From an uncultured Gemmatimonadales bacterium (lineage in GTDB: Bacteria; Gemmatimonadota; Gemmatimonadetes; Gemmatimonadales; GWC2-71-9), in contig CAVZZO010000003.1 in NCBI GenBank assembly GCA_963779755.1, forward strand, positions 928,001-992,000: a stretch of 64,000 nucleotides of DNA, written 5' to 3'. Each line of letters starts with the position of its first letter. Position 1 is the stretch's first letter. The notes below the pieces were generated by a model. That model was given only the letters and a program-made list of their open reading frames with translations, did no database searches and was not told where the DNA came from. The position numbers and the translations under genes are program-made. Shown one piece after another: positions 51,393 through 60,344 of the stretch.

Positions 51393-51926
51393 ATGGCCGC
51401 GCATACGCCCATCAACATCACCGCCTGGGTCAACGAACATCGCGACCTGCTGAAGCCGCCGGTCGGCAACAAGATGATCTGGCAGGATTCGGAGTTCATG
51501 GTCATGGTGGTCGGCGGCCCCAACCAGCGGAAGGACTTCCACATCGAAGAGGGCGACGAGTTCTTCTACCAGATCGAAGGCGACATCACCCTGCGCATCA
51601 TCGAGGACGGCAAGCGGCGCGATATCCCCATTCGCCAGGGCGAGATGTTCCTGCTGCCGGCGGGCATCCCCCATTCGCCGCAGCGCCCGGCGGGCACCGT
51701 GGGCCTGGTGATCGAGCGCCAGCGCGCCGAGGGCGAGCTGGACCACCTGCGCTGGTACTGCGAAAAGTGCGGCGAGGTGCTGCACGACAACCAGTTCCAG
51801 CTGGAGGACCTGGGCAAGCAGCTCAAACCCATCATCCAGGATTTCTACGCCGACGCCTCGCTGCGAACCTGCGGCAAGTGCGGCACCGTAATGGAAGTTC
51901 CCCAGGCGGCCGCCGCCGGCAAGTAG
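51393..51926 (+). CDS. nbaC: 3-hydroxyanthranilate 3,4-dioxygenase
   Basis: LKPPVGN, GGPNQRKDFH, EFFYQ, PHSPQR, rubredoxin-like CEKC/CGKC. Confidence 0.96.
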   Translation: MAAHTPINITAWVNEHRDLLKPPVGNKMIWQDSEFMVMVVGGPNQRKDFHIEEGDEFFYQIEGDITLRIIEDGKRRDIPIRQGEMFLLPAGIPHSPQRPAGTVGLVIERQRAEGELDHLRWYCEKCGEVLHDNQFQLEDLGKQLKPIIQDFYADASLRTCGKCGTVMEVPQAAAAGK

Positions 51927-51950
51927 CCCACCTCACGCCGCGCGGACCGC

Positions 51951-52970
51951 ATGGCCGACCTCACGATCGACCTGCACACCCATGTGCTGCCGCGGTCCTG
52001 GCCGGACCTCGACACGCGGTTCGGGTACGGCGGCTTCGTGTCGCTGCAGCACCACGAGCCCTGCCGCGCGCGGATGGTCATTCACGGGAAGTCGTTCCGC
52101 GAAATCGACGACGCCTGCTGGGACCCTGCGCGCCGCCTGGCCGACTGCGATCGGACCGGCGTGCGGGTCCAGGTGCTGTCCACCGTCCCCGTCATGTTCA
52201 GCTACTGGGCCCGCCCCGCGCACGCCGTTGAGCTGGCCCGCCTGCTCAACGACCACCTGGCCGAGACCATCGCGGCGCACCCGGCGCGATTTACCGGACT
52301 CGGCACCCTGCCGATGCAGGACCCGGCCCTGGCCGTTCGCGAGCTGGAGCGCTGCATTCAGGATCTGGGCCTGCCCGGCGTGCAGATCGGTACCCACATC
52401 AACGACTGGAACCTGGATGAGCCGGCGCTCTTCCCCGTGTTCCAGCGGGCGGAAGAGCTGGGCGCGGCCGTCTTCATTCATCCCTGGGACATGCTGGGCC
52501 AGGACCGGATGGACCGCTACTGGCTGCCCTGGCTGGTGGGGATGCCGGCGGAGTCCGCCATCGCCGCGGGCTCGCTCATCTTCGGGGGCGTGCTGGAGCG
52601 GCTGCCCCGGCTCCGGGTCTGCCTGGCCCATGGGGGCGGCGCCTTCCCTGCCCTGATCGGCCGGATGGCCCGCGGCTTCGAGGCCCGGCCCGATCTGGTC
52701 GCCTCGGCCAACCCGGTGGAGCCCCGCCGCTATCTCCAGCGGCTCTACCTCGACTCGCTGGTGCACGACCCCGATGTCCTGCGCCTGCTGCTCCGCCTGG
52801 TCGGCGCCGGCCGGATCGCCCTGGGATCGGACTATCCCTTCCCGCTGGGCGAAGCGGAGCCGGGCGCCCTCATCCGCTCACTGCCCGACCTGTCGGAGAC
52901 GGAGCGCTGCCGGATACTGGGCGGGACGGCGCTGGAATTTCTCGGCATTCCGAAGGAGCGGTTCCTGTGA
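51951..52970 (+). CDS. nbaD: 2-amino-3-carboxymuconate-6-semialdehyde decarboxylase (ACMSD)
   Basis: DLHTH, LSTVPVMFSYW, FIHPWDM, WLVGMPAE, AHGGG, GSDYPFPLGE. Confidence 0.93.
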   Translation: MADLTIDLHTHVLPRSWPDLDTRFGYGGFVSLQHHEPCRARMVIHGKSFREIDDACWDPARRLADCDRTGVRVQVLSTVPVMFSYWARPAHAVELARLLNDHLAETIAAHPARFTGLGTLPMQDPALAVRELERCIQDLGLPGVQIGTHINDWNLDEPALFPVFQRAEELGAAVFIHPWDMLGQDRMDRYWLPWLVGMPAESAIAAGSLIFGGVLERLPRLRVCLAHGGGAFPALIGRMARGFEARPDLVASANPVEPRRYLQRLYLDSLVHDPDVLRLLLRLVGAGRIALGSDYPFPLGEAEPGALIRSLPDLSETERCRILGGTALEFLGIPKERFL

Positions 52971-52987
52971 GGGCAAATCACGTGGAG

Positions 52988-53050
52988 GTGAGGCGTAAGG
53001 CGTAAGGGGTCTCCCATGACGTCTCACGCCTTACGTCCTACCTCTCACCT
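52988..53050. repeat. Inverted heptamer arms (AGGCGTA / TACGTCC-type)
   Basis: gtgaggcgtaaggcgtaagg ... ctcacgccttacgtcctacctctcacc. Confidence 0.7.
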
Positions 53051-53063
53051 GCATACGGAGCGC

Positions 53064-54339
53064 ATGACACCCCAGGCACTGGCCGACGCCCAGCGAATGG
53101 ACCGTGAGGATCCCCTCGCGCCCTTCCGCCGCCGCTTCGAGTTCCCCCGGCGCCCCGGCGGCGAGCCGCAACTGTACTTCTGCGGCAATTCCCTGGGCCT
53201 GATGCCGCGTGCGGCTCGCGAGCTGGTGGACCGCGAGCTGGAGGACTGGGGGCGCATGGCGGTAGCGGGGCACTTCCGGCGCCAGGCGCCCTGGTTCAGC
53301 TACCACGAAACGGTACGCGATGCGCTGGCCCGGATAGTGGGCGCGGGCGCTGATGAAGTGGTCGCCATGAACAGCCTGACGGTGAACCTGCACCTCATGC
53401 TGGCGACGTTTTATCAGCCCTCGGCCGCGCGCCGGAAGATCCTGGTGGATGGGCCGCTCTTTCCCTCCGATCTCTACGCCGTCCGTTCGCATCTCGCGCT
53501 GCGGACCGGAGACGACCCCGCCGGGCTGCTGCTCCAGGCGCGGCCCCGGAGCGGCGAGGATACGCTGCGGGAGGAAGACATCGAGGCGGAACTGGCGCGG
53601 AGCGGGCGGGAGATCGCGCTGGTCCTGCTGGCGGGAGTGAACTACCACACCGGCCAGGCGCTGGATCTGGGACGGCTGGTGACGGCGGCGCACCGGGCCG
53701 GCTGCCGCATCGGGTTCGATCTGGCGCATGCCGCCGGCAACATCCCCCTGGCCCTGCACGACTGGGACGCGGATTTCGCCGTCTGGTGCTCCTACAAGTA
53801 CCTCAATGCCGGCCCCGGCGCGGTGGCCGGCTGCTTCGTGCACCGGAAGCACGGCCGCAACCGGGATCTCCCCCGGCTGGCCGGCTGGTGGGGGCACGAT
53901 GCCGAAACCCGTTTCCAGATGGACCGCGCCCGTGAATTCGTCCCCCAGCAGGGCGCCGAGGGGTGGCAGCTCAGCAATCCGCCCATTCTGGCGCTGGCGC
54001 CGCTGCGGGCTTCGCTTGCCCTGTTCGACGAGGCCGGCATGGCGGCGCTCCGGCGCAAGTCCGAGGGCTCTGACCGGCTTCCTCGCGTCGCTGCTCGAGC
54101 CGCTGGCCGGCCGCGGCTGCGAGATCATCACGCCGGCCGATCCCGCCAGGCGCGGCTGCCAGCTCTCCCTGCGGCTGGGCGCGCGGGCGGAAGCGATCCA
54201 CGGAGAGCTGGAGGCGCAGGGCATTGTGGGCGACTTCCGGCCGCCCGACGTGCTCCGGGTGGCCCCGGTGCCGCTCTACAACTCCTTCGAAGATGTCTGG
54301 GGCCTGGTGCAGGGGCTGCGGCAGCAGATGGGCGCGTGA
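53064..54339 (+). CDS. kynU: Kynureninase, interrupted by apparent +1 frameshift at 54065-54067
   Basis: YFCGNSLGLMP, FDLAHAAGN, WCSYKYLNAGPG in one frame; RRGCQLS and LRVAPVPLYNSF in the next. Confidence 0.9.
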
Positions 54340-55652
54340 GCTCCGAACCGTTCACGGTTGTGGGCGCCGGGCTGGGCGGCGCGCTGATGGCCCTGCTGCT
54401 GGCGCAGGACGGCCACCGCGTCACCGTCTACGAGCGACGCCCGGACCCGCGGCGCGCCGGGGCCGACACCGGCCGGTCGATCAACCTGGCGATCTCGGCC
54501 CGGGGCCTCCATGCCATGGACCAGGCGGGCCTGACGGACCAGGTCCGCGCCATGGCCGTTCCCATGCGCGGGCGGATGATGCACGATGAGGCCGGCCGCC
54601 TGACCTTCCAGGCCTACGGGGCCCGGGGCCAGGCGATCAACTCCGTCAGCCGCGGCGATCTCAACCTGCTGCTGCTGGAGGCGGCCGAGCGGGCGGGCGC
54701 CAGGCTGGTGTTCGAGCATCGCTGTCTGGATCTGGATTTCGAGGCCGGCACGCTGGACCTGCTGGACAGCGCCGGCGGCCGGGAAGTCCGGGTGGAGGCC
54801 CCGGTGGTGATCGGCGCCGATGGAGCGTTCTCCGCGGTACGCGCGCGGATGCAGCGGCAGGACCGCTTCGACTACAGCCAGTCGTACCTGGAGCACGGTT
54901 ACAAGGAGCTGTCCATTCCGCCCGCTGGCGGCGGCGGCTTCCGGCTGGAGCCCCACGCGCTGCACATCTGGCCCCGGGGCGGATACATGATGATTGCCCT
55001 GCCCAACCGGGACGGCTCGTTCACCTGTACGCTGTTCTGGCCCTTCCGCGGCCGGAACAGCTTCGAGGCGATCCGGACGCCCGCCGACCTGGAGGCATTC
55101 TTCCGGCGTACCTATCCCGACGCCCTGCCGCTGATGCCGGCCCTGATGGAGGACTTCTTCGCCAACCCGACCGGCTCGCTGGTGACCGTCCGCTGCGCTC
55201 CCTGGCAGGTGGACGGCCGGGCCGTGCTGCTGGGCGACGCGGCGCATGCCGTGGTGCCCTTCTACGGCCAGGGGGCGAATGCCTCCTTCGAGGACTGCGT
55301 CATCCTGCGGGACTGCCTGCGGGCGCACCCCGACGACCGCGCCCGGGCCTTCGCCCGGTTCTCCCGGAGCCGCCGGCCCCACGCCGATGCCCTGGCGGAC
55401 CTGGCGATCGACAATTTCGTGGAAATGCGGGACCGGGTGGCCCACCCGGCCTTCCTGCTCAAGAAGAAGGGTGAGCACCTCCTGGCCCGGCTGTTTCCCC
55501 GCTGGTATCTCCCGCTCTATACCATGGTATCCTTCAGCCGGATACCCTATGCTGATGCGGTGGCACGCGCCAGGCGGCAGCAACGGTGGGTCGCCGCCGG
55601 GCTGGCCGTCCTGGCTGTGGCCGCCGCCCTCGCCCTGTGGTGGTGGAGCTGA
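54336..55652 (+). CDS. kmo: Kynurenine 3-monooxygenase
   Basis: VGAGLGG, GRSINLAISARG, ALHIWPRG, GDAAHAVVPFYGQG; GTGA overlap with kynU stop. Confidence 0.94.
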   Translation: MSSEPFTVVGAGLGGALMALLLAQDGHRVTVYERRPDPRRAGADTGRSINLAISARGLHAMDQAGLTDQVRAMAVPMRGRMMHDEAGRLTFQAYGARGQAINSVSRGDLNLLLLEAAERAGARLVFEHRCLDLDFEAGTLDLLDSAGGREVRVEAPVVIGADGAFSAVRARMQRQDRFDYSQSYLEHGYKELSIPPAGGGGFRLEPHALHIWPRGGYMMIALPNRDGSFTCTLFWPFRGRNSFEAIRTPADLEAFFRRTYPDALPLMPALMEDFFANPTGSLVTVRCAPWQVDGRAVLLGDAAHAVVPFYGQGANASFEDCVILRDCLRAHPDDRARAFARFSRSRRPHADALADLAIDNFVEMRDRVAHPAFLLKKKGEHLLARLFPRWYLPLYTMVSFSRIPYADAVARARRQQRWVAAGLAVLAVAAALALWWWS

Positions 55653-55698
55653 GACGCAGGGCGTAACAGGCGGGGAGTGAAGGCAATCGAAGGCCTTG

Positions 55699-55731
55699 CT
55701 TCCCGATTTCCGATTCCCGATTCCCGATCCC
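55699..55731. repeat. (TTCCCGA)-type heptamer run
   Basis: cttcccgatttccgattcccgattcccgatccc directly before kynA start. Confidence 0.7.
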
Positions 55732-55738
55732 CCGGCGT

Positions 55739-56521
55739 ATGGCGCTCACCTATCCGACGTATCTGAAGCTGCCGCAGCTCCTCGACCTGCAGGAGGCGCG
55801 CTCCGATCCCGAGGAGCACGACGAGCTGCTGTTCATCGTGATCCACCAGGTCTACGAGCTCTGGTTCAAGCTGATGCTGCACGAGCTGGAGAAGGTGAAA
55901 CGCGACTTCATCTCCAACGATCTCTACGGCGCCATCGCCACGCTGAAGCGGCTCCGCACCGTCATGAAGACGCTGGTCGGGCAGCTCGACATTCTGGAGA
56001 CCATGACACCGCTCTCATTCTCCTCCTTCCGGGACCGGCTGGACACCGCCTCCGGGTTCCAGTCCTATCAGTTCCGCCAGGTCGAGTTCGTGCTGGGCCA
56101 GAAGCGCGCCCGGCTGGTGAAGGCCCTTCCGGCGGAGGCGCCCGAGCGGCCGCTGCTGGAGCGGAGCCTGCGGGAGCCCTCCGTCGTGGACGCGCTCTAC
56201 CGTCTGCTGCGGCATCGCGGGCTCAAGGTGCCGGCCGAGCTGCTGGACCGCGACCCGACTGAACCGACGGCGGCCAGCGAAGCCCTGCAGGACGAGCTGC
56301 TCCGCGCCTACCGGGAGCAGCCCGACCTGGTCATCCTGCTCGAGCTGCTGACGGATCTGGATGAAGGCTTCATGGAATGGCGCTACCGGCACGTGAAGCT
56401 GGTGGAGCGCACCATCGGCGCCAAGCGGGGAACCGGCGGCAGCGCCGGGGTGGAGTTCCTGAAGCAGTCGCTCTTCCACCCCTTCTTCCCCGACCTCTGG
56501 GCCGTACGGCACCGGATGTGA
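55739..56521 (+). CDS. kynA: Tryptophan 2,3-dioxygenase
   Basis: YLKL..LL, HDELLFIVIHQVYELWFK, SGFQSYQFR, WRYRH, GTGGS. Confidence 0.95.
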   Translation: MALTYPTYLKLPQLLDLQEARSDPEEHDELLFIVIHQVYELWFKLMLHELEKVKRDFISNDLYGAIATLKRLRTVMKTLVGQLDILETMTPLSFSSFRDRLDTASGFQSYQFRQVEFVLGQKRARLVKALPAEAPERPLLERSLREPSVVDALYRLLRHRGLKVPAELLDRDPTEPTAASEALQDELLRAYREQPDLVILLELLTDLDEGFMEWRYRHVKLVERTIGAKRGTGGSAGVEFLKQSLFHPFFPDLWAVRHRM

Positions 56522-56716
56522 GACGTGAGGCGTGAAGACGGGAAACGGGAAACGGGAAACGGGAAGACGGGGAACGGGGAACGGGGAACGGGGAACGGGG
56601 AACGGGGAACGGGGAACGGGGAACGGGGAACGAACCGAGGACGTGCGCAATCTGCGGCTAACAGTCCAGAGGCCAACGACTAGCGACCAGCGAACAGCGA
56701 CTAGCTACTGGCGACC
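56522..56716. repeat. Compound heptamer array: (GCGTGAG), (GGGAAAC), (GGGGAAC), then (CTAGCGA)-type units
   Basis: Four unit families in series between kynA and kynB. Confidence 0.88.
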
Positions 56717-56717
56717 C

Positions 56718-57347
56718 ATGCCTATCATCGACATCTCCCCCCTCATCACCCCCTCCCTCGCAGTCTGGCCGGGGGATACCCCGCCGTCGCGGGAGGTCCT
56801 GCTCGACCTGGCGGAAGGGGCGACTGTGACGCTCTCCACCCTGCGGGCGACGGCGCATCTGGGGTCGCATGCCGACGCACCGAATCACTACTCCCAGACC
56901 GGAGCGGATATCGCATCGGTGCCGCTGCAGCGATACCTCGGCCCCTGCCAGGTGATCCGGGTGGAGTCGGCGCGAGGCGCGGTCCTGAGGCCCGGGGACG
57001 TGGCGGTGGAGATCGGCCAGGAACGGGTACTCTTCGCCACCGGCACATTCCCCGATCCCCAGTCCTTCAATCCCGATTTTGCGGCGCTCAGCGCCGACCT
57101 GATCGAGTGGCTGGCCGCACGTGGGGTACGCCTGGTGGGCATCGACACGCCCAGCGTGGACCCCTGCGAATCGAAGGACCTGCCGGCCCATCACGCGTGC
57201 CTGCGGCATGGAGTGGCGATCCTGGAAGGATTGGTACTGCAGGAGGTGCCGGCAGGAGACTATGAGCTGATTGCCCTGCCGCTCCGCCTCGCGGGGTTCG
57301 ACGCCAGCCCGGTGCGGGCGGTGCTGCGCAGCGCGGACGGTCGCTGA
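56718..57347 (+). CDS. kynB: Kynurenine formamidase (cyclase family)
   Basis: IDISP, VWPGD, HLGSHADAPNH, VGIDTPSVD, ILEGL, DASPVRAVL. Confidence 0.92.
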   Translation: MPIIDISPLITPSLAVWPGDTPPSREVLLDLAEGATVTLSTLRATAHLGSHADAPNHYSQTGADIASVPLQRYLGPCQVIRVESARGAVLRPGDVAVEIGQERVLFATGTFPDPQSFNPDFAALSADLIEWLAARGVRLVGIDTPSVDPCESKDLPAHHACLRHGVAILEGLVLQEVPAGDYELIALPLRLAGFDASPVRAVLRSADGR

Positions 57348-57386
57348 AGCACTCTCCGGTCCCCCACGGTCAGCCAGCGAGCGATC

Positions 57387-57926
57387 ATGCCTTTCGATGC
57401 CCAGCCATTCCTGCGGGGTTTGCTGCTCGAGCTCCGGCCCCTGCAAGCGGGGGATTTCGAGGCCTTGTATGCCGTGGCCTCGGACCCGCTCATCTGGGAA
57501 CAGCACCCGGACAACGACCGGTGGAAGCCGGAGGTCTTCCGGGCCTTCTTCGACCAGGCCATGGCCTCCGGCGGGGCGCTGCTGGCGCTGGACGCGGCGA
57601 CGGGGGAGGTCATCGGGTCCTCCCGCTTCCACGGCTACAATGAGGCGCGGCGGGAGGTGGAAATCGGGTGGACCTTCCTGGCGCGGCGTTGCTGGGGCGG
57701 CCGATATAATGGAGAGATGAAGGACCTGATGCTGCGGCATGCCTTCCGGATCGTCGACCGGGTGCTGTTCCTGGTCGGGCCCACGAACATCCGGTCGCAG
57801 CAGGCGGTGCTGAAGATCGGCGGGGTCCGCGCCGGCACGCGGAAGAACGGAGCCGGCCGCGAGAGTTACGTCTACCAGATCGCAGCCGATCGCTACCTCC
57901 AGGGACAACCGGGGAACCCGGCATGA
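57387..57926 (+). CDS. GNAT (RimJ/RimL-like) acetyltransferase
   Basis: ASDPLIWEQHP, VEIGWTFL, NIRSQQAVLKIG. Confidence 0.88.
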   Translation: MPFDAQPFLRGLLLELRPLQAGDFEALYAVASDPLIWEQHPDNDRWKPEVFRAFFDQAMASGGALLALDAATGEVIGSSRFHGYNEARREVEIGWTFLARRCWGGRYNGEMKDLMLRHAFRIVDRVLFLVGPTNIRSQQAVLKIGGVRAGTRKNGAGRESYVYQIAADRYLQGQPGNPA

Positions 57927-58324
57927 ATACAGCCCCGCGCGTGGCCCTGACGGCGCTGGCCTCGGTCGCCACCTTCTACCTGGCCGAACTGATCCCGTTC
58001 GCCCTGATCCCGCTCCCGGGCCCCCTGGCCTGGCTCGCCTCCCTGCTTTGCGCCGTCCCGGTCGGCCGATATGTCTGGCGGCAGACGGAGGCTCCGTCGG
58101 CGGGGCTCGCCGGTTCGATGCTGCTAGGCGCGGCTGTGACCGGGGGTGTCGGGTTCGTGGCGGGGTTCTTCGGCTCGATGCTTCTGGCGCCGGGCGCGAA
58201 CCAGGGCCCGCTGCTGGGGATCTTCATTACCGGGCCGCTGGGCGTGGTCCTGGGCGCGCTGGGAGGCGGGATCTACTGGCGCGTGCGCGGGGAGCGCGGC
58301 CTCCGCCGGCGGGCACCGGGCTGA
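57923..58324 (+). CDS. Hypothetical membrane protein
   Basis: About 4 TM; ANQGPLLGIFITGPLG. Confidence 0.75.
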   Translation: MNTAPRVALTALASVATFYLAELIPFALIPLPGPLAWLASLLCAVPVGRYVWRQTEAPSAGLAGSMLLGAAVTGGVGFVAGFFGSMLLAPGANQGPLLGIFITGPLGVVLGALGGGIYWRVRGERGLRRRAPG

Positions 58325-58346
58325 GGAATAGGGAGGGCCGGCGCAA

Positions 58347-58793
58347 CTAGTCGCCCGTCCCGGTCCTCTTTCCTCCCCCCCACGCCACCACCTTCAGCTC
58401 GATGGCGATCGGTGTCGGCAGCCGGGTGACCTCGACCGTGGTTCGGGCCGGCGGATTCGACGGGAAATACTCCGCCCAGAGCCGGTTCCAGGTGGGAAAA
58501 TCGTCCCGCATGTTGGTGAGAAACGCCGTCACATCCACCACCTCATTCCAGTTCACCCCGGCGTCTTCCAGAATCGCCCGCACATTGGCGAACACCGCGC
58601 GGCACTGGACTTCGAAATCATAGGATGTCACCACGCCATCCGGGCCGACCGTCGTGCCCGGAACGGCACTGGCGCCCCGCTCCCGCGGGCCGATACCGGA
58701 GAGGAAGAGCAGATCCCCCGCTCGGCGCGCGTGAGGGAACGCGCCGACGGGCGCAGCGGCGCGATGGCTGTGGATCGAGTCAGAATCGGGCAT
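58347..58793 (-). CDS. RidA-family protein, probable 2-aminomuconate deaminase
   Basis: PVGAFPHARRAG.LLFLSG, PARTTVEV, LPTPIAIELK; kynurenine-cluster context. Confidence 0.85.
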   Translation of the reverse strand: MPDSDSIHSHRAAAPVGAFPHARRAGDLLFLSGIGPRERGASAVPGTTVGPDGVVTSYDFEVQCRAVFANVRAILEDAGVNWNEVVDVTAFLTNMRDDFPTWNRLWAEYFPSNPPARTTVEVTRLPTPIAIELKVVAWGGGKRTGTGD

Positions 58794-58797
58794 GGGG

Positions 58798-58900
58798 CAA
58801 GGAATCAGGAATCAGGAATCAGGAATCAGGGAACAGGGAACAGGGAACGGAGTGAAAGCAGCACACCCGCTCACCGCTCACCGCTTACCACTTACCACTT
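58798..58900. repeat. Heptamer arrays (GGAATCA)/(GGGAACA) and (CCGCTCA)/(CCACTTA)
   Basis: Read directly between the RidA start and the ALDH stop. Confidence 0.85.
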
Positions 58901-60344
58901 ACATCTTCACACACACATTCTTCGCCTCGGTAAAGAAGCGCAACGCTTCCTCGCCACCCTCCCGGCCTACACCGCTCTGGCCCATGCCCCCGAAGGGGAC
59001 ACGCAGATCCCGGAAGAGCCAGCAGTTCACCCAGATGGTGCCGCAATTGACGGCCTCGGCCACGCGGTGCGCCCGGCGCAGGTCGTTGGTCCAGAGCGAT
59101 GCCGCCAGCCCGTAGGCGGTGCTGTTGGCCAGCGCGATCGCCTCGGCTTCGTCCTCGAACGGCAGGATGGTCACCACCGGACCGAAGATCTCTTCCTGGT
59201 TGACCCGGCAGGCCGCATCGAGTCCGGTAATGACCGTCGGCTCGACGAAGAACCCGTTCCGGCAGCGGTCCGGCAGTTCCGCCGGCGCGCCGCCGCCGGT
59301 CTCGATGCGGCCACCGAGCTCGCGCGCCAGGGCGATATAGCCCAGGACTTTGTCCCGGTGGGCGGCGGAAATGAGCGCGCCCTGGTCCGTGTCCGGATCC
59401 AGGGGATCGCCCTGGCGCAGGGCCTGGGCCTGCTCCACGAAACGCCGGACGAAGTCCTCATAGGCGCTCGCCTCGACCAGAATGCGGGAGCCGCAGAGGC
59501 AGATCTGGCCCTGATTCAGGAATGCCGAGCGTACCGTGGCCGCCACCGTCTCGTCGTTGGCGGCATCGGCGAAGACGATAGCCGGGTTCTTTCCGCCCAA
59601 CTCCAGGGTGAGCTTCTTGAACCGCGGCGCCGCGACGCGCGCGATCTCGGCGCCAGTCACGGTGCCGCCGGTAAAGGAGATAGTCCGGACCTGGTCGTGC
59701 GACACCAGTGCCGCGCCGGCCTTCGCCCCCAGCCCGTGGACGATATTGAGCACGCCCGAGGGCAGCCCGGCGTCGCCGCAGATCTCGGCCAGCAGCGCCG
59801 CGGTAAGGGGCGCCAATTCCGACGGCTTGGCCACCGCCGTGTTCCCGGTGGCGATAGCGGGGGCCACCTTCCAGCTGAAGAGGTAGAGCGGGAGGTTCCA
59901 GGGCGAGATGAGTCCCGCAATCCCCCGGGGGCGGCGCAGGGTGTAGTTCAGCGCCGAATAGTCGCTGCTGTGCGCCTGCGACTCGGTGTGCAGAATGGCG
60001 GTGGCGAAGAAGCGGAAGTTGCTCGCCGCGCGGGGAATATCCAGCGATCGGGCCAGGCTGACCGGCTTCCCCGCGTCGGTGGCCTCGGCGTGCGCCAGAT
60101 CGTCCAGCCGCCCGTCGATCAGGTCCGCGACGCGAAGCAGAATCCGGGAGCGCTCCGCCGCCGGGGTATGGCTCCATGAGTCGAACGCCTGCTGTGCGGC
60201 GGCCACCGCGCGCTCCACATCGGGAGCGCCGCTGTCGGGCACCTTGGCGAAGACGCGGCCCGTGGCCGGCTCGACGTCTTCCAGGTATTTCCCGCCTTCC
60301 GGCGGCACCGGTTCCCCGTTGATGTAGTTCGTGAGGACCCGCAT
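58899..60344 (-). CDS. Aldehyde dehydrogenase, probable 2-aminomuconate semialdehyde dehydrogenase (ALDH8A1/AmnC-like)
   Basis: ISPWNLPLYL, LELGGKN, NQGQICLCGSR, EEIFGPV, PFGG. Confidence 0.9.
   Translation of the reverse strand: MRVLTNYINGEPVPPEGGKYLEDVEPATGRVFAKVPDSGAPDVERAVAAAQQAFDSWSHTPAAERSRILLRVADLIDGRLDDLAHAEATDAGKPVSLARSLDIPRAASNFRFFATAILHTESQAHSSDYSALNYTLRRPRGIAGLISPWNLPLYLFSWKVAPAIATGNTAVAKPSELAPLTAALLAEICGDAGLPSGVLNIVHGLGAKAGAALVSHDQVRTISFTGGTVTGAEIARVAAPRFKKLTLELGGKNPAIVFADAANDETVAATVRSAFLNQGQICLCGSRILVEASAYEDFVRRFVEQAQALRQGDPLDPDTDQGALISAAHRDKVLGYIALARELGGRIETGGGAPAELPDRCRNGFFVEPTVITGLDAACRVNQEEIFGPVVTILPFEDEAEAIALANSTAYGLAASLWTNDLRRAHRVAEAVNCGTIWVNCWLFRDLRVPFGGMGQSGVGREGGEEALRFFTEAKNVCVKM

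Noticed and set aside
53016..55652. Novel 878-aa kynureninase-KMO fusion protein
   Set aside because: The KynU C-terminus is intact in another frame and kmo has its own GTG overlapping the kynU stop; one extra G explains it.
56532..56717. N-terminal extension of KynB
   Set aside because: Derived from the heptamer array; family similarity starts at MPIIDISP (56718).
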